Of a DNA stretch of 32,000 bases, positions 17,913-26,061 are shown piece after piece. The first letter of the stretch is position 1. Each line of letters starts with the position of its first letter. The position numbers and the translations under genes are program-made. Below the pieces are notes generated by a model, which worked only from the letters and a program-made list of their open reading frames with translations, was not told the origin of the DNA and did not search any database. Source of the DNA: Planctomycetales bacterium (GTDB taxonomy: Bacteria > 4484-113 > JAFGCY01); contig CP060262.1 of the NCBI GenBank assembly GCA_022646745.1, positions 2,280,001 to 2,312,000 on the forward strand, written 5' to 3'.

Positions 17913-19472
17913 ATGCCATACAAACCAGGCAAACCCGGTGGACCGCGCTCGGGCGGCAAGCCCCGCCCCGGAGGCAGGCCGACTGATCGCGGCGAAGGCA
18001 GGCCACGCCGCTTTGACCGCGATGATGAGCGCGGCGGTGAGCGTCCGCGTGGCGGTGATGACAGACCGCGCCGCAGCTTCAACCGAGACAACGAGGGCAG
18101 GGGCCCCCGCCCGGAGCGTGGTGGCCGCCCGCCCTACAGGCGCGAGGATGGGGATCGCCCGGCCTATCGGCGTGAGGATGGTGACCGTCCTCCATACAGG
18201 CGTGAAGGCGGCGATCGCCCGCAACGTTTCGAACGCGGCGACCGCCCCCAGGGCGAGCGTCCGCCGTACAGGCGCGATGGTGGAGACCGTCCGCAGCGCT
18301 TTGAGCGTGGAGACAGGCCGGATCGTGGCGACCGTCCACCCTATCGTCGACCGGATGGAGAGCGCCCCGGCTATTCCGAGCGTGGTGACCGCCCTGAGAG
18401 GCAGGACCGCGGTGATCGCCCGCCCTACAGGCGTGAGGAAGGCGGCCGTCCGCCATATCGAAGAGATGAAGGTGATCGTCCGCGCCGCTTTGATCGGGGT
18501 GATCGGCCGCAGCGCAGTGAGCGCTCCGGGCCGCCGAGGCGTGAATATTCACAGGGCCGTCCGGACAGGGGCTACAGGGATGACAATCGCCAGGGCGGCT
18601 ACATCAGGCGCAGTGCACCGAAGAACCAGCTGCCTGAGGCCCTGATCTACGGCATCAACCCGGTCAGCGTGGCACTGCAGCAGGGCCGCCTGCGCAAGCT
18701 GTTCATTGACAATGATGCAAGCAATCCGCGACTGCTGGACATCCTCGAGATCGCGGACGCCGCCGGCATCGAGCACCAGACGCTGGAAAGCCAGGGCTGG
18801 GGCGATGCGCTGTCACGCGACATGCACCAGGGTGTGGCGGGCCTGCTCAGCGGACGCAGCTTCCAGAGCATCGAGGAACTGGTCGGCAAGCTGGATGCCA
18901 ACGCGGACAGCACCATCCTGTTCCTGGACAAGATCCAGGACCCGCACAACCTCGGGGCCGTGCTGCGTACAGCAGCAGCCACCGGTGTCGATGCGGTGGT
19001 GCTGCCCAAGAGCGGTGGCTGCGGGCTGACCCCGGCTGTGCACAAGGCCAGTGCGGGCATGAGCCTCGTTGTCAACGTGATCGAGGACGTGAACTTCGCG
19101 CAGGCGCTGGCATTCCTGAAGCAGCAGGGCTATTGGGTGGTCGGCTGCGACAGCGGCGGTGGGGAGGATGCGACCAGCTTTGCCTTCCCGAAGCGCAGGG
19201 TGCTGGTGATGGGTAGCGAAGGCAGCGGCATCCGCCGGCTGGTGCGCGAAAGCTGTGACCACCTGGTCAAGCTGCCGATGGCGGAAGGGGTTGAGTCGCT
19301 CAACATTTCCGTGGCAACCGGCGTGATCCTCTACATGGCGCAGGCATCCTCCGCCAGGGGCGAGGAAGCTGAGCCGCGCGAGGTGGAATCGGATCCGGCT
19401 GATTCACCCGGTCTGGGCGTGGATCCGGCCCTGATCGATGAGGAGCTGGCAGCCGGTCTTGAGGAAGAGTAG
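17913..19472 (+). CDS. rlmB: SpoU/TrmH-family 23S rRNA 2'-O-methyltransferase (RlmB-like) with a long repeat-rich N-terminal extension
   Basis: The C-terminal ~280 aa carry an RlmB-type substrate-binding segment (IYGINPVSVAL) and SpoU motifs (DKIQDPHNLGAVLRTAAA, VMGSEGSGIR, IPMAEGVESLNISVATGVILY). The first ~235 aa are degenerate GDRPPYRRE/GDRPQRFERG repeats. Confidence 0.8.
   Translation: MPYKPGKPGGPRSGGKPRPGGRPTDRGEGRPRRFDRDDERGGERPRGGDDRPRRSFNRDNEGRGPRPERGGRPPYRREDGDRPAYRREDGDRPPYRREGGDRPQRFERGDRPQGERPPYRRDGGDRPQRFERGDRPDRGDRPPYRRPDGERPGYSERGDRPERQDRGDRPPYRREEGGRPPYRRDEGDRPRRFDRGDRPQRSERSGPPRREYSQGRPDRGYRDDNRQGGYIRRSAPKNQLPEALIYGINPVSVALQQGRLRKLFIDNDASNPRLLDILEIADAAGIEHQTLESQGWGDALSRDMHQGVAGLLSGRSFQSIEELVGKLDANADSTILFLDKIQDPHNLGAVLRTAAATGVDAVVLPKSGGCGLTPAVHKASAGMSLVVNVIEDVNFAQALAFLKQQGYWVVGCDSGGGEDATSFAFPKRRVLVMGSEGSGIRRLVRESCDHLVKLPMAEGVESLNISVATGVILYMAQASSARGEEAEPREVESDPADSPGLGVDPALIDEELAAGLEEE
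17940..18560 (+). repeat. Degenerate in-frame tandem coding repeats (Arg/Asp/Gly/Pro/Tyr-rich)
   Basis: Recurring peptide units are RPPYRRE(D/E)GGDRP, DRPQRFERGDRP and DRPRRFDRGDRP. The DNA repeats are imperfect. Confidence 0.7.
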
Positions 19473-19495
19473 CCGTTTGCGAAGAAAACTGATCG

Positions 19496-19511
19496 CTCCC
19501 CTGTTGGGGAG
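19496..19511 (-). terminator. Hairpin between convergent genes, with the T-tract on the minus strand
   Basis: ctcccc-tgtt-ggggag. On the minus strand it is followed by cgatcagttttcttc. It sits between the rlmB stop (19472) and the stop of the minus-strand small gene (19537). Confidence 0.5.
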
Positions 19512-19536
19512 GTGATTGCCCCCTGAGGTTTGACTG

Positions 19537-19809
19537 TCAGCCCTGGCTCGGAACCAGTTCTGACAGTTCAGGGATGAAAGGCATCAACTGTTGCGGGAAG
19601 CTCTTCAGGGATTCCTCGCGGCAGCATGCACGCATCACCTTTTCGACAACCACGTCTTCCATTTCTCCCTTCTTCACGGCCTTACCCAGGCTGCGGATAT
19701 CGTGGAGAATTTCGATGGAATCGCGGGAATCAATGTTGCGGTCGCTGCGGACAGCTTCCTTCATATCGTTGATGATGCTCATAACCTGATCTTGGTCAAT
19801 AGCTTTCAT
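19537..19809 (-). CDS. Hypothetical small helical protein (paralog of 20062..20310)
   Basis: The track ORF extends to 19842. ATG at 19809 (MKAIDQDQ) is preferred because AAGGAAGGGA lies 6 nt upstream. Its N-terminal ~35 aa align with the neighbouring small ORF. Confidence 0.55.
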   Translation of the reverse strand: MKAIDQDQVMSIINDMKEAVRSDRNIDSRDSIEILHDIRSLGKAVKKGEMEDVVVEKVMRACCREESLKSFPQQLMPFIPELSELVPSQG

Positions 19810-20061
19810 CGTACGTCCCTTCCTTGTACTTATAGTCAGCAAAAACTACAGGCTTACCTGTCTGAATACTAACAGACTGTCCATACGGGGAAGTTAAATT
19901 GCAGTTAAGTCAGTCGCTAAATCCCTGTATGTCCCCCATGCAGGACGCAAACATAGACGCAATTAGTCGACGGAATGTAACGAACCTACTCGTGAATTAT
20001 CTCTCGATTTTGGTGTGATTATTGAATTCCCATTCAGAACATTCCACTCAAATGGGTGGGA

Positions 20062-20310
20062 TCAGAACAGCTGCTCGTGGATCCGGGCAGCGTAAGGCTT
20101 CAATGGTGGCAACAGTTGCCACTGGCGGGAAGCCCGGCTCCACTTCTCCTCCAGCTGGTTGTCTCCCTTCAGTTCGTCCCAGAAGCGGTCAAATGAAAGC
20201 AGCAGTTCGAGGGCCTGTTCCTTACTGAGGCTGGCGTCGCTGCTGATCGCGGCCTCCATCTCATGGAGGATGTTCATTACCCTCACGCGGGTCAGGTTAT
20301 CCATACCCAT
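20062..20310 (-). CDS. Hypothetical small helical protein (paralog of 19537..19809)
   Basis: 82 aa with AAGAGGA just upstream of the MGM start (either 20310 or 20304). It shares the N-terminal motif VM.I(I/L)..(D/E)M..A(V/I).SD with the neighbour. Confidence 0.5.
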   Translation of the reverse strand: MGMDNLTRVRVMNILHEMEAAISSDASLSKEQALELLLSFDRFWDELKGDNQLEEKWSRASRQWQLLPPLKPYAARIHEQLF

Positions 20311-20473
20311 GTCCTCTTTCAGTAATCCGGTGCCTGCCGCACCTGATGACGCACGCCATGCGGGTTACGTGCGAATCATTCCCATTTCCCTGCAGCGCAT
20401 GGTAGTGAATTGAATTCTGGTTAAATGATACCAGCGGCGGCCCGGGCCTGCAGCGGCCTGAGAGCAATGGTTG

Positions 20474-21499
20474 TCAGCTGCGGGTGGCTTCGCTGCGCGG
20501 TGGCCTGGTCATCAGCCTGCTAAGTGCCGCGCGCGGGTCAGTTCCACAGTGCACGATGGAGTAGACCTCCTCGGCGATCGGCAGGTCCGGCCAACCCTCC
20601 AGGCCGTGGTCAGCCGGCCATTCGTGCAACGCCCGGCTGGCCTGCACTCCTTCAGCGACCTGGGTCATTTCCGATTCGATCTGCTCGAGGTCCTGTCCGC
20701 GCCCGAGGCGCATGCCGACCTGGAAGTTGCGTGAAAGCTCCGAGCTGCAAGTAACGATCAGGTCCCCGAGTCCGGCAAGTCCTGACAGGCTGGCAGGATC
20801 TCCGCCGAAGTAAGCGGTCAGGCGCGACATTTCAGCGAGTCCCCTCGTGATCAGTGCCGCGCGCGCATTATTGCCGAGGCCGAGTTCTGTCAGCAGCCCG
20901 GCGGCGATGGCGAGGATGTTCTTGTAGAAACCGCTCACCTCCACCCCGACCATATCTGTCCCGGTGTAGACCCGGAAGCGTTCGCTCAGCAGCTGCTGCT
21001 GGACCTGTGCGGCTGCCTGAGGCCTGCCGCATACCACCGCTGCAGCCGGCAGGCCGGCCATGATTTCCGAGGCGAGATTCGGTCCACTCAGGTGCAGGAG
21101 CTCTGCCCCAGGTAACGTTTGCGCCAGCCAGTCGTCTGTTCTCTGCGTGGGCTCAAGCAACAGGCCCTTTGTGCAGTTTACGAGAAGGTTGCCTGAAGAA
21201 CAGGCATTGCGCCAAACATCCATTTTGGATAAAATAAACGAGCGAATGAACTTCGTGGGTACGACCAGATAGACTGTGTCTGAATGGTTGAGGGCCTCGA
21301 TGAGGTTTCCCGTGGCCCGGATACCTTCCGGCAGTGCTGCATCTGGAAAGTACGTGGAGTTTTTGCGGTGAGAATTGATATCTTCCGCTATCGAGTTGTT
21401 TCGGCAATAGATGCTGACGGAAATGTTGTTGATGGCCAGCAGGCTGGCAATAGCCGTGCCCCAGCTACCACTTCCGATCACGGTTGCTTTATTGCCCAT
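20474..21499 (-). CDS. gpsA: NAD(P)H-dependent glycerol-3-phosphate dehydrogenase
   Basis: Start taken at MGNKATVIGSGSWGTAIA (21499), giving 342 aa. It has the GSGSWGT dinucleotide fold, a LSGPNLASEI motif and a GLAGLGDLIVTC motif. The longer track ORF (to 21763) would overlap the divergent WYL gene. Confidence 0.9.
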   Translation of the reverse strand: MGNKATVIGSGSWGTAIASLLAINNISVSIYCRNNSIAEDINSHRKNSTYFPDAALPEGIRATGNLIEALNHSDTVYLVVPTKFIRSFILSKMDVWRNACSSGNLLVNCTKGLLLEPTQRTDDWLAQTLPGAELLHLSGPNLASEIMAGLPAAAVVCGRPQAAAQVQQQLLSERFRVYTGTDMVGVEVSGFYKNILAIAAGLLTELGLGNNARAALITRGLAEMSRLTAYFGGDPASLSGLAGLGDLIVTCSSELSRNFQVGMRLGRGQDLEQIESEMTQVAEGVQASRALHEWPADHGLEGWPDLPIAEEVYSIVHCGTDPRAALSRLMTRPPRSEATRS

Positions 21500-21649
21500 G
21501 GAAGGGATTATAGCTTTGCACAGTAGATGGAAACAAAGTGGTATTTCAGGCAGCCGATCGGCTGCGTGTGGTTGAGGGATACTCGGCGCAGTGCGCCCGG
21601 GCCCAAAAGAAGAGCATTTTAGAATTCCTAAGTTGGTTGGTTCAGTATC

Positions 21650-22663
21650 ATGAGTACGGCATCCTCCCAGAAGTCCGTCGTTGACACGATGGCAACGGTC
21701 AGTCAGAAGGAACGCATCGAATGGCTGCATGAGCAGCTCAAGGATGACAAGTTCCCGAACCACATGTCACTGGTGGAGCAGTTCCACGTAAGTCCAGTGA
21801 TCGCCTACCGGGACCTGGATTTCCTGAAGTACATCCTGAAGGCTCCGCTGGTGTATGACTACAGCTCCGGTGGATACAAGTACTCAAAGAAGCGATTCAA
21901 GCTGCCTGAGGTGCGTTACACCGAAGGTGAGCTGGCCAGCCTGCTTGTGCTCGGTGAGTTGCGCAAGGCCTATGAGGGCAGCGAGATCGAGGCCCCGCTC
22001 GGCACCGCGCTTGAGCTGATGACCGAGAACCTGCAGGACAACGTCAAGCTGGACCAGGAATCCCTCGACCAGATCCTGCAGGTGGACATCGAGCCCTTCC
22101 CGTACATCGACATCAAGGTGTTCCAGGACCTGCTGCAGGCGATCCGCAACAACGAAAGCATCGTGATCAAGTACTTCAGCGGCCAGAAGGCGATCATCGT
22201 TGACAAGCCCTGCGATCCCTACCAGCTGCTGAACTTCAAGGACAACTGGTACCTCGTGGCCTTCTGCCACGAGAAGCAGGACTACCGCGACTTCCTCTGC
22301 TCCCGCATCATGGCGGTGGAGCATACCAACGTGACTTTCCTCGCCGATCCGGACTTCTCGCTGGAGCAGCACAAGAAGGAGAGCCAGCTGTTCGCGAGTG
22401 AGGCGCCGACGGTCGAGATCGTCGCCGAATTCGACAAGTACGCCGCGCACTGGATTCGCCTCAAGCAGGTGCATCCGAGCCAGAAGGTGCTGGAGCGCAG
22501 CGACGGCAGCCTCGAGGTGAGCTTCAAGGTCAGCTCGATGGAGAACATCATGCGCTGGATCCTGAGCTTCGGCGAGCATGCCCGCATCCTGGCTCCGCTG
22601 GAACTGCAGGAGCGCGTGCGCCGCACCATCGGCCGCATGAACTACCTGTATAACCGGTTCTAG
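21650..22663 (+). CDS. HTH-WYL-WCX type transcriptional regulator
   Basis: 337 aa. It has an N-terminal HTH-like segment (MSLVEQFHVSPVIAYRDLDFLK), a central WYL domain (IVIKYFSGQ ... PYQLLNFKDNWYLVAFCHEKQDYRDFLCSRI) and a C-terminal extension ending ILAPLELQERV. Confidence 0.8.
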   Translation: MSTASSQKSVVDTMATVSQKERIEWLHEQLKDDKFPNHMSLVEQFHVSPVIAYRDLDFLKYILKAPLVYDYSSGGYKYSKKRFKLPEVRYTEGELASLLVLGELRKAYEGSEIEAPLGTALELMTENLQDNVKLDQESLDQILQVDIEPFPYIDIKVFQDLLQAIRNNESIVIKYFSGQKAIIVDKPCDPYQLLNFKDNWYLVAFCHEKQDYRDFLCSRIMAVEHTNVTFLADPDFSLEQHKKESQLFASEAPTVEIVAEFDKYAAHWIRLKQVHPSQKVLERSDGSLEVSFKVSSMENIMRWILSFGEHARILAPLELQERVRRTIGRMNYLYNRF

Positions 22664-22738
22664 GGCGGTAGCGGCGCTTTCCAGGCGCCGTACGGTCGGC
22701 GGCAAGATGCCGCCGCTACGGATTGAATATATGAACAC

Positions 22739-22765
22739 AGGCCGGGGGCGACCCCGGCCTTTTTC
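22739..22765 (+). terminator. Rho-independent terminator after the WYL regulator gene
   Basis: aggccgggg-gcga-ccccggcct followed by ttttc. Confidence 0.8.
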
Positions 22766-22789
22766 ATTGCCTGTTACAATCGAAGCGGG

Positions 22790-23398
22790 ATGGCAGTGAA
22801 TACCAAAGCTCCTGAGAACGCCGAGTTCTACAGCGTGTCCGTTGACGACATGCGCAACTGGCCAGAGCGCAGCCTGCCCCAGGCAATTCCAGAAGACATC
22901 CGTAAGCTGGCCGTGCGAGTGGATTCAGTGCACCGCTGCCTGGCGGGCCGGGAAGCCTGGCTGTGGAACCGCGAGGGACTGCGCCGCCTGCTGGATCACC
23001 TGGCAGGAATGGGCAGAGACGAACGCATGGATGCTGGACTGGCAATCGACATCATCCGTGGCTACCGCTTCATCGGCGGGATGGACGGTTTCGCCGAGCT
23101 GGCAATCCAGGCCGGTGGCAACGGCGAGCTGGAGCCTGCCAGAGCGCTGGTTGAGCTGGGCTACGAGCCGGAAGACATGGGAGAGAAGCATCTGCTGTAT
23201 GACCTGGCATTCGTGAAGGATGAGGAGGATTCAGGCCAGCAGGAAGTTGATGGCAGAGCAACCACGGGCTGGCGCAGGCTGCGCAGCATATCCGTCTGGC
23301 TGGTGATCGGCTTCCTCGTCTATTCCGCCGGCAGCCTGTTCGGGGAGTTCCTCGGCATGGTCACATTCGCCTTCCGCAGCATCTTCGGCCGGCACTGA
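22790..23398 (+). CDS. Hypothetical protein with a C-terminal membrane anchor (202 aa)
   Basis: ATG start with a soluble, acidic ~165-aa N-terminal part. The C-terminal hydrophobic stretch is ISVWLVIGFLVYSAGSLFGEFLGMVTFAF. No recognisable family motifs. Confidence 0.5.
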   Translation: MAVNTKAPENAEFYSVSVDDMRNWPERSLPQAIPEDIRKLAVRVDSVHRCLAGREAWLWNREGLRRLLDHLAGMGRDERMDAGLAIDIIRGYRFIGGMDGFAELAIQAGGNGELEPARALVELGYEPEDMGEKHLLYDLAFVKDEEDSGQQEVDGRATTGWRRLRSISVWLVIGFLVYSAGSLFGEFLGMVTFAFRSIFGRH

Positions 23399-23441
23399 TT
23401 GGCGATCCCATGACATTGCCAGACTGAAGTCTGGCCACTGC

Positions 23442-24851
23442 TCAGCTCTTCTTCTTACCGCGCTCCATGTCGTAGTCAACCGCGCTCATGGTCTTGGTGG
23501 CGTCGTCAATGTCACCGCGGCTGAGCTTCTGGATGATCGTGCCCACCATCGTCGCATCATCGCTGCGCCCGGCGGCGTTGAGCGAGGCCTCGGCCTGCTG
23601 GATGATCATCGTGGCCGTGCCGACGTCCGTCGCCATCATCGCCGCCGCGCGCTTCAGGTTGGCGACGATGTCCTTCTCGCGCATCACCTGCTCCACCACG
23701 GGGTCGATCCCGCCGAGAATGCTGTCCTTGTTGTCGGTGAATTCGACGACGAAGTCGCCCTTGAGCGTGCGCTTCTCGGTCTGGCCGAAGTAGCGGAATG
23801 ACAACTCGCTCTGCACCATGCGGAAGCGCGCCTTCGGATGCGGCTTGGCTCCGAGCTGCATCAACACCGGCAGGCTCTCGCCGTTGGCAAGGTCCGGCAG
23901 GTCGATGGTGACCGTGCTGCCGCCCTTCGCGAACTCGTGGCCGTAGACGTTCGTGATCTCCACATCCTTCGCCAGCTGCAGGCGCAGGCTGACATTCGTG
24001 GCCACCGTGCCGAACACGCTCTTCAGCTCCCGGTCGAACACGTCCGGGATGTTGTCAATTGAGTCGATGTAGTAGTAGTTGCCGCGGGTGTTCTTGGCGA
24101 TGCCGCGCATCAGCTCCTCGTTGTACTCGATCCCGAGACCGACGGTGCTGATCGTCGCTCCCTTGGCACGGTAGTTGCGCGCCTCCGCAATGATGTCGGC
24201 ATACTCCACGATGCCTTCGTTGGCCTCGCCGTCCGTCAGCACGATCACGCGGCTGAGGGCCTGCGGTGTGCCGACCTTCAGCAGCTCCTCGGCGGCGGTG
24301 GCCATGCCGGCATACAGGTTCGTCGTGCCTTTCGGCTTGATGCGGCCGACATGCTGCTTGATCAGCTCGCGATTGAGCACGCGACTGGCCGGCATCAGGG
24401 TCTCGACGTTCTCGCCGAAGGTCACGATGCTGAGCATGTCCGCATCGGTGAGCTGGTCCACGATCAGGCTTACCGCGGTCTTGACGCTTTCGATTGGCTT
24501 GCCTTCCATAGAGCCGGAGCGGTCGATCGCCAGCGCGAGAGCCACAGGCGCACGGGCATCCAGCCCGCCACTGAAGAAGGACTTGATGTCGGCCAGCAGG
24601 TAGTTCTGCACGGTCTGGCCGGTCAGCGCATAAGTGTTGTGCGCACGCAGGTTGTATTCCACCACGGGCTTGATCTGGCTTAGGTCCACCGTGCGGGCCT
24701 GGCCGGCGATCACCGTGCCATCAGCCGCTGCGGAGCTGACCACCACAGTGGCATCACCACTCGCACCGGCCACCACAGTGGCCTCGCCCTGCGCTACGCC
24801 GGGGGCGATGATCGTGGCGTCGGAATCCTGCTTGTCAGTCATGGGCTGCAC
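23442..24851 (-). CDS. von Willebrand factor type A (VWA) domain protein without a signal peptide
   Basis: 469 aa with MIDAS DRSGSM, downstream T (KGTTNLYAGM) and VLTDGEAN motifs. A beta-sandwich-like region resembling YfbK/ITIH-type VWA proteins follows, then a helical tail. The N-terminal ~60 aa are low-complexity with ATVV/ATII-type repeats. Confidence 0.8.
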   Translation of the reverse strand: MQPMTDKQDSDATIIAPGVAQGEATVVAGASGDATVVVSSAAADGTVIAGQARTVDLSQIKPVVEYNLRAHNTYALTGQTVQNYLLADIKSFFSGGLDARAPVALALAIDRSGSMEGKPIESVKTAVSLIVDQLTDADMLSIVTFGENVETLMPASRVLNRELIKQHVGRIKPKGTTNLYAGMATAAEELLKVGTPQALSRVIVLTDGEANEGIVEYADIIAEARNYRAKGATISTVGLGIEYNEELMRGIAKNTRGNYYYIDSIDNIPDVFDRELKSVFGTVATNVSLRLQLAKDVEITNVYGHEFAKGGSTVTIDLPDLANGESLPVLMQLGAKPHPKARFRMVQSELSFRYFGQTEKRTLKGDFVVEFTDNKDSILGGIDPVVEQVMREKDIVANLKRAAAMMATDVGTATMIIQQAEASLNAAGRSDDATMVGTIIQKLSRGDIDDATKTMSAVDYDMERGKKKS

Positions 24852-24961
24852 CTTCGTGTTGCTTGCTACCGGGAGTGAATTGATCTGCTGTCCCGGTTAC
24901 TAGACCATTATAGGAGCGGTAGTGTTTCGTGGAATGTTGCAGGTTTACAGCTCCCCTCGGA

Positions 24962-25501
24962 TCAGGGCCTGGATTTGGATATGTATCTCGAGGAGAACAG
25001 CTTCTCGCCAACGGCCAGCACCAGATATGTATCCTCGTTGCGGATTGCGTCCAGCACCTCATCGGGCAAGGGGCTGCTCTTAAGCATTCCGATTGTAGGT
25101 ACAACCAGCTCGGCATCTGGATTGAGGCCGCTGAAATGGCCGGGTCTGGTCTCGCTCCAGATCACATGCCAGACAAAGGGATCCTTGTGCACATGGGTCG
25201 GCTCCACCCGGTCGCCATCCCCTGTGCAGCGCAGGGCTTCCGGAGATTTTCGATTGGCCGAGCAGATGAAAATGCCGTTCGTGTTTACGATGTCTCCACC
25301 ATTCCGCCTGCCCAGATAGTCAATGTAGACCCGACCGGAGCTTTCATCCAGCCATGCCTTTTCGATCATTGGAGGCGTTGCGGTCGTGCGTCCCAACCAG
25401 GCGCTCAGCTGGGCATAGCCGATAAGCATTGCGATCATCAGGATTGCGATGAACAGATTCCTGATCAGGGATTCGGCCTTACTTTCAGGCAGGAATTCCA
25501 T
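24962..25501 (-). CDS. Hypothetical N-terminally membrane-anchored protein (179 aa)
   Basis: It has one N-terminal TM helix (LFIAILMIAMLIGYAQLSAWL) and lies upstream of, and co-oriented with, the VWA gene (110-bp gap). No recognisable motifs. Confidence 0.5.
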   Translation of the reverse strand: MEFLPESKAESLIRNLFIAILMIAMLIGYAQLSAWLGRTTATPPMIEKAWLDESSGRVYIDYLGRRNGGDIVNTNGIFICSANRKSPEALRCTGDGDRVEPTHVHKDPFVWHVIWSETRPGHFSGLNPDAELVVPTIGMLKSSPLPDEVLDAIRNEDTYLVLAVGEKLFSSRYISKSRP

Positions 25502-25790
25502 GGAACTATCCGGCTCTTAGCCGCTCAGCGTTGCGATGGTCAGGCAAGATGCGGGGTCTGGTCACAGGGGAATAATAGGTGGAAACAGAAGAAAATGAAA
25601 AAGGGACATCAGCGCTGCACTTGCGATGCCCCTGTGAGCTTCAGATTATAGACCTCGGACAGCTCAGCGGCCAGTCGATTGTGAAAATTTCGGGCGGGAT
25701 ATTGGAAAACCAATTGAACCAATCGGGATACCTGCTATCCCTTCAGGAACTGACTGTTGTCCCTAACATCAAAAGCGGGTAAAGCTTATA

Positions 25791-25994
25791 TTGAATCCGC
25801 ATATGGGCAGAGTACTGACAGTCCTGATCCTCAGCGGCCTGCTGGCCATGCTGCTGCTTGGCACTGCAAGCGCCGCCGGAAAGGCATCTAGATACGTTGG
25901 AATCCAGGCCCGCGGCATCACCCGCGCAGACTTCCTGCAACCGGGTTGCTCGATCCGCGCGATCGACACCCGCCAGTGGCTCGTTCGCTGCTGA
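25791..25994 (+). CDS. Possible small secreted peptide precursor (signal peptide plus ~39-aa two-Cys mature part)
   Basis: TTG 25791 or, more likely, ATG 25803 (MGRVLTVLILSGLLAMLLLGTASA/AGK). The mature part contains two Cys, one of them C-terminal. It ends 67 nt upstream of the first tricorn-like gene on the same strand. Confidence 0.4.
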   Translation: MNPHMGRVLTVLILSGLLAMLLLGTASAAGKASRYVGIQARGITRADFLQPGCSIRAIDTRQWLVRC

Positions 25995-26061
25995 TCCCCT
26001 CCTGCAAAATCCCCGCAGCTACTAGAATAGGAAGATTCCATAAGACCACCATGGAGATCCC

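Noticed and set aside
21500-21763. N-terminal 88-aa extension of the gpsA ORF
   Set aside because: The extension would overlap the divergent WYL gene start. The GSGSWGT fold begins right after the internal Met at 21499.
22666-22721. GC-rich nested and alternative hairpins (gtagcggcg/cgccgctac, ggcgc/gcgcc) just after the WYL gene stop, considered as a riboswitch, attenuator or REP element
   Set aside because: They lie in a 3' UTR directly before a canonical terminator. They have no downstream gene to control before that terminator, and no second copy in the window supports a repeat family.
21884-22738. 284-aa minus-strand ORF antisense to the WYL regulator
   Set aside because: It is a shadow ORF. 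The + strand protein has recognisable HTH and WYL motifs and a downstream terminator.
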